Shown piece by piece: positions 42,099 to 54,368 of a stretch of DNA of 64,000 nucleotides (positions are counted from its first letter, which is position 1; each line of letters begins with the position of its first letter). The stretch is taken from assembly GCA_964016885.1 (NCBI GenBank), contig OZ024751.1, positions 20,398,001 through 20,462,000 on the forward strand. Reading direction: 5' to 3'. A model generated the notes under the pieces. The model worked only from the letters and a program-made list of their open reading frames with translations, searched no databases and was not told where the DNA came from. The DNA comes from Eledone cirrhosa. Its lineage: Eukaryota. Made by a program: the position numbers and the translations under genes.

Positions 42099-43115
42099 CA
42101 GGGGTGTGCAACATATTCCATTGGCGGGCCACTGTTGAACATTGGAACAACTATGTATCTATCTAGGGCAAGTAAAATTCCCGAGATCCATGGACGAGTT
42201 CTCTCTGTCCCTCAACAACTATTAGGGCCATTAATATTTATTAAGCACTATTCCAAAGATTCACAACTTCTTTCCATCACATGGAACGGGAAAATTATAA
42301 CACATAACCCTATCAGTGAAGCCCTTTAGTATAGGTCAAATGGGAAATTATAACACACATAACCCTATCAGTGAAGCCCTTTAGTTTAGGTCAAATGGGA
42401 AATTATAACACACATAACCCTATCAGTGAAGCCCTTTAGTATAGGTCAAATGGTAAATTATAACACACATAACCCTATCAGTGACGCCCTTTAGTATAGG
42501 TCAAATGGGATATTATAACACATAACCCTATCAGTGAAGCCCTTTAGTATAGGTCAAATGGGATATTATAACACATAACCCTATCAGTGACGCCCTTTAG
42601 TATAGGTCAAATGGTAAATTATAACACACATAACACTATCAGTGAAGCCCTTTAGTATAGGACAACTGGGAAATGATAACACATATAACCCTATCAGTGA
42701 AGCCCTTTAGTATAGGTCAAATGGGAAATTATAAGACACATAACCCTATCAGTGAAGCCCTTTAGTATAGGTCAAATGGGAAATTATAAGACACATAACC
42801 CTATCAGTGAAGCCCTTTAGTATAGGTCAAATGGGAAATTATAAGACACATAACCCTATCAGTGAAGCCCTTTAGTATAGGTCAAATGGGAAATTATAAG
42901 ACACATAACCCTATCAGTGAAGCCCTTTAGTATAGGTCAAATGGGAAATTATAAGACACATAACCCTATCAGTGAAGCCCTTTAGTATAGGTCAACTAAC
43001 AGAAAATTATATTACGGTTGCGAAAAAAACTTCAAAATAAGCCTACAAGGTAAACATTAAGCCGGTCTTCGCGGGCCACTCTGACTGGTCTGGCGGCCCG
43101 CCTGTTGCGTGCCCG
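42099..43115. mobile_element. hAT (Charlie-like) non-autonomous element nested in a mariner MITE
   Basis: Starts CAGGGGTGTGCAAC...GCGGGCCA and ends GCGGGCCA...GGCCCGCCTGTTGCGTGCCC. The host MITE resumes afterwards. Confidence 0.7.
42288..42997. repeat. 53-55-bp minisatellite, ~13 copies
   Basis: Unit GGGAAATTATAAGACACATAACCCTATCAGTGAAGCCCTTTAGTATAGGTCAAAT. Confidence 0.95.
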
Positions 43116-43614
43116 TTGGTCAACCTATGAACATTTCAGGTGACCCAGGTAGGAATTATATAGTGATTATACTAAGAAAGGATTGGGTATTGATTTGGAA
43201 AGACGAGAAGAAAAAATATTTGAAATCAGCTTTATTGAACATTTGATATGGTGTGTAGTGTGTGTGGGGGGGGGGATAGAGGTAGGGGAAGAGGGAGAGA
43301 CGGAGAGAGGTACTGTTGATATCAGAGAGAGAGAGAGAGGGGGGGAGAGTGGTATTGTGAACATGAGAAAGAGAGAGAGAGAGTATGAACATGAGAGAGA
43401 GAGAGATAGTATGAACATGAGAGAGAGAGAGAGAGAGTATGAACATGAAAGAGAGAGAGAAAGAGAGATAGTATGAACATGAGAGAGAGAGAGAGAGAGA
43501 GATAGTATGAACATGGGAAAGAGAGAGAAGGGTATTGTGTACGTGAGAAAGAAAGAGAGGTATTGTGAAAATGAGAGAGTGAGAGAGAGAAAGGTATTGG
43601 TGAACACACTTGAA

Positions 43615-43704
<90 letters not shown>

Positions 43705-44032
43705 GGGCAGGGCTGTATTATTTGTAAGACTGACGAGGTGCTGAAGCCTTGACCCCACCCCCCTACCTCAGGGACAAACTAGGGTCCCGACATGGGTTAG
43801 CCAGAGAGGGTCAGGCGGGGGGGGGGGGGTCTAAAAGCCTATAGCTTCATCGTGCCCAGGTGAAGAGAAGAGAAAGAGAGAGAAGGTAGGGTAGAGAGAG
43901 AGATATTGTCAATATATGAGAGAGAGAGAGAGAAGGGGGAGTGGGAGCAAAGACATAAGAGAGATTGAGATATAAGGTGTGTATATATATATACATATAT
44001 TATATTATATATATATATTATATTATATTATA

Positions 44033-44285
44033 TAGGAAAAAGTATGACCCGGACGGCAGAGCTCAAGCCGTTTCAACGGCTATTTCTGGACTAAATTAGA
44101 ATTTTTAGCCAGGCTAATAGCCGGGAAATTTTTAGCCAGGCTAATAGCCAGGAAATAGCCGTCGAAACGGCTTGAGCTCTGCCGTCGGGGTCATACTTTT
44201 TCCTATTTCCCACTCTACTACCCTAAGTATTGAGTACTCTGGTGCGTTATGGTCCATCTGGTTCCTTACCACAATTCCTTTGTTA
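44033..44285 (+). mobile_element. Palindromic half-hammerhead element plus ~80-nt tail
   Basis: Hairpin 44033-44205 containing GAAACGGCTTGAGCTCTGCCGTC-GGGGTC, then the shared tail CCCACTCTACTACCCTAAGTATTGAGTACTCTGGTGCGTTATGGTCC. Flanked by TA-rich tracts. Confidence 0.8.
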
Positions 44286-45274
44286 TTATATTATATATAG
44301 TGTGTGTGTGTGTGTATGTATATGTTTGTATTTGTATTTATGTATGTATGTGTATTTATGTATGTATGTATGTACGTATGTATTTATGTATGTATGTGTA
44401 TTTATGTATGTATGTGTATTTATGTATGTGTGTATGTATGTGTGTAGGTATATATGAATGTAGTGTGCATGTATGTATGTATCTATGTAGTTATGTGTGT
44501 AGTTTACTACCAAAGGGTACACGTGACTGGAATGCTCAGCCACTTGCACGTTAATTGTACGGCTAGGCTTGTTACATTAGTTAAACAGCTGGAACACTCG
44601 TCGTTCATTAAGGAGCGAAGAGGGGAGAGAGAGGGAGAGAGACCTTAATGGCGATTAAAGAGAGAGGGTAAACACGGAAGAGAAAGAGAGAGAGAGAGAG
44701 ATTAATGATAATTAGTAAGGGGGAGAGAGAGGAGAGAGACACTGAGGAAAAGGAGAGAGGCATTATTGATGATTAAGGAGACAGAAGAGAGACCGTGGTG
44801 AAAGAGAGAAAGAGAGGGAAAGAGTAAGAGAGAGTAAGAGAGAGAAAGAGAAAGACAGAGTAAGAGAGAGAAAATGAAAGGGAGAGACAGGAAAGACACC
44901 GGGTGAAAGAGAGAAAGAGTAAGAGAAAGAGAAAGAGAAAGAAAGTAAGAAAAAAATGAAGGAAGAACGAGTAAGAGAGAGAAAGAGTGACAGGAAAGAC
45001 ACCGGGATGAGCGAGAGAAAGACAGAGAAAGAGTAAGAGAGGGACATTACAGATGATTCAGGAGAGAAGAAAGATAGTGAAGAAAGAGAGGGGAGAGAGA
45101 GATGGAGGTGGACATTACTGGTGATTAAGGAAAGAAAGGAGAGAGAGACAGAGAGGGAGGGAGGGAGGGAGGGAATTTACCTGTTAAAGTACGAAGCTTC
45201 TAGAACAAGGAGCCCCGAAAGCAGAGGTGGGAGAAGGAGAGAGGAGGGGAGAATACCGAATAACAAATAGGGAG

Positions 45275-45365
<91 letters not shown>

Positions 45366-45482
45366 GGTGTAGAGGTGAGATTGAACAGGTGATAAGGAGA
45401 GGGGGAGAGATGACAGAATTAAATTGATATAAGAAAGTATTGAAGGCAAAGGGCGAGAAGGATTTGACAGTATAGACAGTGT

Positions 45483-45522
<40 letters not shown>

Positions 45523-45617
45523 AGTTGGGTATATATTAGGTCATCAAGTATGAAATTTGTAGAAATTTGTAGAAAAAAAAACAAATTTCTACAAATTTCA
45601 TACTTGACGATCCAATA

Positions 45618-45800
45618 TAGGAAAATGTTTAACCCCGACGGCAGAGCTGAAGCCGTTCTGGACTCCAGAAATAGCCGTCGAAACGGCTTGAGCTCTGCCG
45701 TCGAGGTTAAACATTTTCCTATTACCCACTTTACTACCCTAAGTATTGAGTACTCTGGTGCGTTATGGTCCATCTGGTTTCTTACCACACTTCCTTCGTA
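45618..45800 (+). mobile_element. Palindromic half-hammerhead element, copy
   Basis: Same architecture and tail as 44033-44285. Confidence 0.8.
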
Positions 45801-45810
45801 TATATATATA

Positions 45811-45930
45811 TAGGAACAAGTAAGACCCCGGGGGTCTTACTTGTTCCTATTACCCACTCTACTACCCTAAGTATTGAGTACTTTGGTGCGTTATGGTCCA
45901 CCTGGTTCCTTACCACATTTCCTTCGTTAT
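45811..45930 (+). mobile_element. Minimal palindromic element, copy lacking the inner hairpin
   Basis: TAGGAACAAGTAAGACCCC-G-GGGGTCTTACTTGTTCCTA followed by the shared tail. Confidence 0.8.
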
Positions 45931-45954
45931 ATATATATATATATATATATATAT

Positions 45955-46126
45955 TACAGTGAAATTCCGCTATAACGTAGTTCATGGGGCATAAAAAATT
46001 TCGTTGTAACGAAATATTCTTTATAACGAGATCGACCTAACACATCGAGCGTGTAGCCGGGGATTGAAAAAAATGTCGTTATACTGGAAAATTTGTTATA
46101 ATGGTATTCGCTATAACGGAATTTTA

Positions 46127-46131
<5 letters not shown>
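45955..46131. mobile_element. pogo/Tigger-like MITE
   Basis: TA-CAGTGAAATTCCGCTATAAC ... GCTATAACGGAATTTTATCTG imperfect TIRs, inside (TA)n. Confidence 0.7.
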
Positions 46132-46172
<41 letters not shown>

Positions 46173-46175
<3 letters not shown>

Positions 46176-46366
46176 CGAAGGAAATGTGGTAAGGAACCAG
46201 GTGGACCATAACGCACCAAAGTACTCAATACTTAGGGTAGTAGAGTGGGTAATAGGAACAAGTAAGACCCCGACGGCTGAGCTCAAGCCGTTTCGACGGC
46301 TAATTCTATACAGAATTAGCCGTCGAAACGGCTTGAGCTCAGCCGTCGGGGTCTTACTTGTTCCTA
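46173..46366 (-). mobile_element. Palindromic half-hammerhead element, copy
   Basis: Near-perfect 114-bp palindrome 46253-46366, with the tail in reverse orientation at 46173-46252. Confidence 0.85.
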
Positions 46367-46676
46367 TATATATATATATATATACTGTATATATGTATCG
46401 AGAGAGAGAGAGGGGGGGGGGATGACAGAACCAAATAGAGATATGTAGTAAAGATAGAGAGGAAAGATTTGACAGTATATCAAGGGAAGGAGGGAGAAAG
46501 AAGATGATGGACAGAGAGAGAGAGAGAGGGATAGGGAGTTGGGTCTATATATAGAGAGAGGAGGGGAGTAGCGAGGGAGAGTGAGAGAGATGACAGAAGC
46601 CAATAGAGATATGTAGTATTAAAGATTTGACACTATAGTGAGAGAGAGAGAGAGAAAAAGAGCTGGACAGGGGCAG

Positions 46677-46723
<47 letters not shown>

Positions 46724-46811
46724 GTACCGATATTAAACAGGAGAGAAAAATCACGAATTATCAGCAGAATTAAGAGAGATTATAGTCTCTCTCGATTGTG
46801 CGTGTGCGCGC

Positions 46812-46866
<55 letters not shown>

Positions 46867-47674
46867 TGTGGGGGGGGGGGGGGGGTCTGTGTGTGTGTGT
46901 GTGTATGTGTATGTGTGTCCGTGTTCTGAAGAAATAAAACTTATACTCTGTTGTCATGTATTGAATCCTCTCATTCAGTTAATGTTTGAATGTTTTATGT
47001 ACACTCCTCGTATATAGAGAACAACACTGCCGTCAGTGTAATATACTCAGAAACTAGCTACTGAGCTGATGCTCGCCTTACTCACAAGGATGAAGCTGTT
47101 GGCCACTTGAAAAGTTGTCATTCAGCTAACAATCGAGTCCTACCAACTGCCGATTTGTAATCAGAGCGATCCTTGTCTTAGACATACTACCTACCAGAGT
47201 TAACGAGCCCCGTCAGCCTGCTTTCTTTATGTTTATGTTTTACACTACTGGATGGCCATTGACTCTTTTAACTTCCTCCGCCTTTTGAGAGGTTTTGTTT
47301 TTCATCCTGCAGTGTGTCCAGAAATCATTGTCCTCACGAAGCTTGGTGAATTTTCTGGTTTAGTCACTAATAAATAAACTGACCATGTGATGGGTCGTAC
47401 TTGGTTATGTTACCACTAGAGCTCAAGAGCAACCTGCCATTACTTCACAAATATCACAACAATGAAATAATAATTTTAGTAAATCCCTCCAACTTCATTA
47501 GAAATACAGTATCAAAAGGGTTAACTATTTTTAATGTTTTGTTTAAATTAATATTTTGAAACTAAATCGAAAAAAATAAATGACATTTATAAATTGAATT
47601 TTTAATTATTTTGGGGGAAATTTTGCAATAATAGAAAGAGTCTGTAAATATTTTGATTTTAATTATTGCTAATT

Positions 47675-47978
47675 AATTGTTTCTAATATTGGCACAAGGC
47701 CAGCAATTATCCCAGTGTTTACTGGTACTTTATTTTATCGACCCCGTAAGGATGATGGAAGGTAAAGTTAACCTCAACGGGATTTGAAATCAGACCGTAA
47801 TAGGACGTAACTATGCTAGAAAGCATAGCGTCCAACCCTCTACCTTATTATTGCTAATTAATTGTTTCTACTTTTGGCACAAGGCCAGCAATTATCCCAG
47901 TATTTTACTGGTACTTTATTTTATCGACCCCGTAAGGATGAAAGGCAAAGTTAACCTCGGTGGGATTTGAACTCAGAC
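47675..47978 (-). mobile_element. SINE family 1, two copies
   Basis: Reverse-complement core twice, each preceded by TATTGCTAATTAATTGTTTCTA. Confidence 0.85.
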
Positions 47979-48190
47979 CATCTCCTCGTTATCATCATTT
48001 TGGTTTACGTTTTATTTCCATAATTACTTGTGTGGGTTGAACAGGACATAATATCTTGTTTTGCTCAGTCGTTCCGCTTTTCCCACCATGCCTATCGGCT
48101 TTCTTCTTTTCCTTCTTCATTTTTTCTTTTTTTTTTGTGTGTCTTTACTGGACCTTTTTTGTTTCTCCACTGTGATCCTGTCTCTATTTT

Positions 48191-48227
48191 GTACTCTTGA
48201 AGAAGGGCTAAGCCCGACACGTCGAAC
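48191..48227 (+). ncRNA. Degenerate hammerhead motif
   Basis: GTACTC-TTGAAGA-A-GGGC TAA GCCC-GACACGTC-GAAC. Two core substitutions, probably inactive. Confidence 0.5.
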
Positions 48228-48324
48228 TTTCTTTCCTCTTATCCATATAAAGTGTGAAACTAATAAGACTTTTTATAAAACTTTTTGTACCTCTGTTGTC
48301 TCCCCGAACTATATACATTATACA

Positions 48325-48566
48325 TACATACATATATACATATATACATACGTACGTACGTACATACATACATACATACATACAAACATGGTGGCTGCCA
48401 ACTCGCCCTCGAGTACGGCCACTACTTTATATCCATGTCGGAGAACCCCTACCGATGCGCTGAACGAGTGTGACTTTTTAGTCCAGCCAGTGACTTGAAA
48501 ACTCTGGTACAAACACTACACTCTTGACAATTACTGACACAGTGCTGGGCCCATGGTACCATGTGA
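48325..48566 (-). mobile_element. LINE 3' end with terminal C2H2 zinc finger and (TATG)n tail; shorter copy at 32357-32437
   Basis: CSVCTRVFKSLAGLKSHTRSAHR* at 48449-48520, then a short UTR and a microsatellite tail. The same 3' end recurs at 32.4 kb. Confidence 0.7.
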
Positions 48567-48714
48567 TGACATACATACATACATACATACATACATACAT
48601 ACATACATACATACATACATACATACATACATACATACATAGTGTCTGCGAAACGCGCCTACACAAATATATTTTATATGTAAACGAAACTTCCTCGTTT
48701 TGTTTTCTGTTTTC

Positions 48715-48758
<44 letters not shown>

Positions 48759-49586
48759 AAAACTAAAGGTGCCAGTGAAAAACGGGAGCCCTTCTCTAAT
48801 TTCGTTAATAAAAACTGATGCTCTAAAATATATATATAGTACCTGGTGGTTCTGGCGGATATAGGGATAATCAACTTTGACCTCAGTTAAGGTGATGTCC
48901 AGTAAATCACTAAATATTCTACTGTAGTCATATATATATATAGATAGATATATACAGAGAGAGAGAAAGGGGGGGGAGAAAGTGATAGAGGGGGGAGAAT
49001 AAAATTGCTGATGTATATGATGGTTGAATAAAGAGCGTCCATATGTCGCGCAGTTTATAGATAGATATGATACACGGAAGAGGAAAGAAACCGTGAAATG
49101 AAAAGGTTAACAGGTGCACCATACAGAGGGCATGGCGACGTGCGTGACACGACAAACATCATAAGATAAGAGTTTAAAAAAACAGTTAATGATAAGTCGC
49201 CATTTTTATTTTATTTTATTTTATTTATCACCTGTGATCTCCCAGAGTATTAAAGAAACGGGGGTAGGTAATGTGACAACACCCCTAAAACCCACCTAGC
49301 CACCCCAACAAGGTATCACACCTTACTAACCCTTACTAAGTCACCTACCTACGTACCTGCTTTCTAGATAGACGAGATGGCGACGTAGCCTCTATTGACC
49401 TACTAAAAATAAGAGCCCTTCTCTCCCTCAAATTAGATGCTACCATCCATCTTAAAACGGGGAAATTGACACATTTGGGTATGGCCTACTAAAGATAAGA
49501 GCCGTGTCTCGATAAGGGCCGTGTCTCGATAAGAGCCGTGTCTCGATAAGAGCGGTGTCTCTCTCAAATCATACGCTACCAATCCA

Positions 49587-49910
49587 TTTTCTTCTTCGAC
49601 CACTTATTCCTGAGAGGATCGTGGAGGTAGAGTTCTCAAACCCTCTTTCCGGCGGGTCCTGTCAGAAGCAAACGTCTCCAACTGATATAGCTGGATCACC
49701 AAGCAAAACCAGTCAAGCCATCTTGCTTGAAGTCGACCTCTCGGTCTCCTGTCGGTTGGTTTTGACCATAAAATCTGTCCAGCGATTATTTCCTGAGACA
49801 TTCTAACCACATACCCATAACATCGGAGCTGTGATCTCTCAATTCGGAGAAGTAACAGCTTTACCTGGATTAGCTCTCTGATATCCGAGTTACGCACTCT
49901 ATCGAACCCC
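49587..49910 (-). mobile_element. 5'-truncated RTE-clade LINE 3' end
   Basis: DRVRNSDIRELIQVKLLLLRIERSQLRCYGYVVRMSQE...RRPRGRLQARWLD, a typical RTE C-terminal motif. Confidence 0.9.
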
Positions 49911-50456
49911 ATCTTAAAACGGGGAAAAAAGACACATTAAGTAAGTGTAATCCCAGATACACTATGCATGTAATATTTGCTGGGTTGGACTTGCAAGTAG
50001 CGGACTGTACGCTAGCTACGGGGTTTTTTTTAAATTGGATTATTATACTCGATATCGTAAGAATTCTGTTGTATATCATTACATTATCAAAGATTTTCTT
50101 AGCATAATTGGCTGAGCGTCGGATAAAATGTCCTTGTGATATCTAATAATTATATATATTTAATAATTATATATATATATATATATATTGCTGCGTGGCT
50201 GAGTGGTTAGAGAATTGGATTCGCAATCGTGAGTTCGATTCCTGGACCGGATGATGCGTTATGTCCTTGAGCAAGACACTTTATTTCACGCTGCTCCTTC
50301 TACCTGGAGTTGCGACCGATAGATAGTATTAGCAATTGGAAAGACCAGTGGAAGCATTGTTTCCTCGGTCCGATTTGACGAAAGTCGATCGACTGTCGAT
50401 ATATATATATATATAATATAAGATCAAAAGATGGTTAAAAGAGTTCCAGTTCCAAG

Positions 50457-50524
50457 TATTTTATTATGCGCATTTCAAAAACAAATATCATGAGATAATA
50501 TCTGCATTTTCATCAGATAAAATA
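50457..50524 (-). ncRNA. Type I hammerhead ribozyme motif with long stem II
   Basis: Minus: TATTTTAT-CTGATGA-AAATGCAGATATTA TCTCA TGATATTTGTTTTT-GAA-ATGCGCAT-A-ATAAAATA. Perfect 8-bp stem I and palindromic stem III. Confidence 0.85.
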
Positions 50525-52182
50525 GGGAAACATGATATGAAGGTTAAAAAACACTTGTGAATACTGAAGTTTTAAATCAACATATGCATTGCTTTATTGT
50601 ACTACAATAAAACTCACCTCCTACATATATATATATATTAATGTTAAGAATAAATAATTGTTTCTACGTTAGGCACAAGGCCAGCAATTACCCAGTGCAT
50701 TACTGGTACTTTATTTTATCGACCCCGTAAGGATGAAAGGCAAAGTTAACCTCGGCGGGAATAAATAATATAAATACATATTTATAATGCTTCATGATTT
50801 AGTGTTGTTAAAGAATAAACACTAACAAAATAAATATAATTTTAAAAAACGAGGTCCTTCAGGATGTATGGTCTTAAGCTCTAGCTTATAGGTAAGCCCA
50901 GCACTATGGACCAAAGGGGAAGCATGAGGTATTAAAGTAAAAGATTTTAAAAGCCAAAACAGAAAAAGAAAGAACACCGCTAAAAACCAATATAAGATCA
51001 GTAGTACAGACCGATTAATGGCTTCTCTAGCGTTTTATAGATCATTATATAACACAGCTTAAAATACAGCGAGACTAGAATGTATGATTATTATAAATAA
51101 ACATTATTTATGGGTCTATAAACACTTTTATCCTGAATCATGCTATATAAGTGCTATCGCTAGTTAATACTGACCGGCCAGGCTTGTTTGTACTGTATGT
51201 AAACGAGCTTCCAGTATCATATATATGTATATATAACGTCAGTAAAAACGGCAACAGCAGTAGTTGTGAAGGCAATTATTTATTGTGTAAAAATATAGAT
51301 TAAATATTCGTGGTTAGAAAGAAAAAAAACCCACCAACGAGAAGACTACGACTAATCAATAAAGTATTCAATATATTTTAAGTGCAGAGTAAATGTATTT
51401 CTTCTTATGAAGGCAGTCCGACAATGAGTTGAACGAGCGAGCTAGGTCGTTTCGATTACACGTGTAAAAATAGATCTCCGAAATATGATCTCTATGTAAG
51501 CTTCGGATGAACAAGGGAAGGCAGGCAGCAAATGAGCATGTTTGATGTTCATGCCTTTCTCAATGACAACGGATAAATAAACGTAAAGTGGTTCCAAGCA
51601 GCAAGTTTAACTTTTTAACATTTACCATCTTTAGCAGAAGAAAAATATCCCAAAACGGGTTTATTAATTTAAATGTATAATAGCATGCTTCTTTACTAGT
51701 GGATAGGTAGATAAATCGTTATGAAAATTCGCAGTATTAGAGTAAATACATGAATGTTTAATGTGATGTAGTCACAGAACTGCTTTGTACTTTTCAAGAA
51801 TGTCTTGCTAATGTGGTTTCATGTGGTGGCTTGTTCATTCAAATGTTGATAAAATCTTTACAAATGGACAGATCGTTATGAAAATTCGTAGTATTAGAGT
51901 AAATACTTTAATATTTAATGTGATGTAGTCACAGTGTTGTTTTGTATTTTTCAAGAATGTCTTGTTGGTGTGGTTTTATCTGATCTAGGTCGTTAAGAGT
52001 TAAAATCGAGAGCTAAACCAACAGAGAGGGGGAGCCCCTACACCACAGCCACCACCCCGCTGAACAAGAGAGAGGGGGAACCCCTATGCCCCCACCACCA
52101 ACACCATCACCACCCTAGAAGTCGATAGAACTTCTAGGTCAACACCTGACTGACAGCTGTATGAGAAATAAAAATACATAAA

Positions 52183-53027
52183 AATAATGGTTTCTGATTG
52201 AAGCTCAAGGCCAGCAATTTCGGGAGGGGGTAAAGAAAAATCGATTAAATCGACCCCGTAAGGCTGAAAGGCAAAGCTAGCCTAGGTGGTATTTGAACCA
52301 CAAAACAAAGGGACATAACTGTATACCACAAAGGTTATTGTCCGACGCTCTACCGATACTGTCAATCCAATGATTTTTAATAATTCAGGTACATGGCCAA
52401 CAATTTTATGAGGAAAAGTAAGTCGATTATATCGATCCTAGTACTTAACTCGTAATTTATTTTATCGATCTAAGAAGGATGAAAGAGATAGCTTTGATCA
52501 TGGAGGGATTTTAAACTCAGAGTGCAGAGTACCGGAATGAAAACTATAAAGTAGCTATAAAGAACCCTTTTTTTTTTAGTAGTGAGTGGGCCGCAGGAGA
52601 TGATTCATCAAAAGGCGAACCGCACTACTAAAAGCATTGAAGGTTAGGCGGGCCACTCAGAAAGCGAAACGGGCCGCAGTTTTCCCATGACTGCTATAAA
52701 GCATTTCTATGACAACGCTCAAACAATTCTGCCAATCCCCAGCCCTTAATAATTTGCTAATTTAGGTAAAAGCTAACAGTTTTGTGGGGGAAGGTGAAAA
52801 TGGATTAAATCGACTGCAGTATCGGTAGATCGTCGGACAACATACTTTACAACATATAGTTACATCCCTTTACGTTCTGAGGTTCAAATGCTGTCGACGT
52901 TAGCTTAGCCTTTCATCATAACAAGGATCAATAAAGTAAAGTACCAGTAACGCACTTGAATCGATTTAATCGACTTGCCCCACCTCATAAAATTGTTGGC
53001 CTTCTGTCTAAATCAGAAACCATTATT
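52183..53027. mobile_element. Degenerate SINE family 1 cluster with nested hAT-like MITE remnant (~52563-52694)
   Basis: SINE cores in both orientations. GGGCCGC motifs are flanked by the repeated 8-mer CTATAAAG. Confidence 0.6.
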
Positions 53028-53357
53028 ATATATATTTATATAAATATATAGATAAATTTTATCGATTATAGATAAAAGGAGAAGTAAATACGATAAGATA
53101 CAATTTGATTACACACGTTTCTCACTTATATATAATTACTTTTTATTGGGTTATTTAATACAACTATGGGTTTAATAGCTTCGCCAACACGCAACTGGTC
53201 AAGCGTAGTAAGTATGGCTACATACTTTACACCAGTCTTTCCTTACTTATCATGCTTTCTACCAATTCCACTGAAGACGTGACCAAAATCAACCAGGGAG
53301 CGGTGAAAGTCAACCAGGAAGCGATTGAGAAGGCCTTGGATATATATATATATAAAT

Positions 53358-53658
<301 letters not shown>

Positions 53659-54322
53659 AATTATGGGTTAAATAACCTCCCCAACACGCAACTGGCCAAG
53701 CGTGGTGAGTACACCTACTACACCCCTGACATGACCAAAACTTAACAGGGAGCGATAGGGGTCAACCAGGGAGCAGTTCCTCCAACAGGAGTGAAAAGGT
53801 CCTGGATTGGATTGGATTGATTCTTTACAGACTATTATTTATTTGTTTTTGTACATGCCTTATTAGGTCAATGAGGGGTCTAGAACTATATGAAGGGGGT
53901 GAGGGTCGATGAAGGGTCTAGGATTATATGAAGGGGGTCGATGGTTTAAAACAAGTTTAGGGATTAATTCTCGACCTGCTCAAAATAGCATCCAAATCCC
54001 CCAATGGGAGAGGACCCACATTATATGCTGTATTCCTTTCTTTTAACCCTTAACTATACGGGATGGCGGAGGTTCTTTGATCACAGATCATGATTACGAT
54101 TAACACCAACCGGAGAGCGAAAGAGAGAGTGAGTGGGAGGGAGGGTGAGAGAGATAAGGTGAGATCACGGGAGAGATAGGAAGTGAGAGAAAGACTGATA
54201 CATAGATAAAAAGAGTGTGGGGGCGGCGAAGGTCACTTTTAATTAGTGTAAAGGAGAGAGAGAGAAGGGATCATGTTCAACTAGAGCGAAAGATACAGAG
54301 AATGAGAGAGACAGTGAAAGAC

Positions 54323-54368
<46 letters not shown>

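Larger units (their letters stand above)
41497..43151. mobile_element. Three tandem mariner-type MITEs (41497-41673, 41696-41898, 41936-43151 interrupted)
   Basis: Same TIR family, TA-flanked. Other copies at 21895-22069, 23929-24129 and 62453-62615. Confidence 0.85.
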
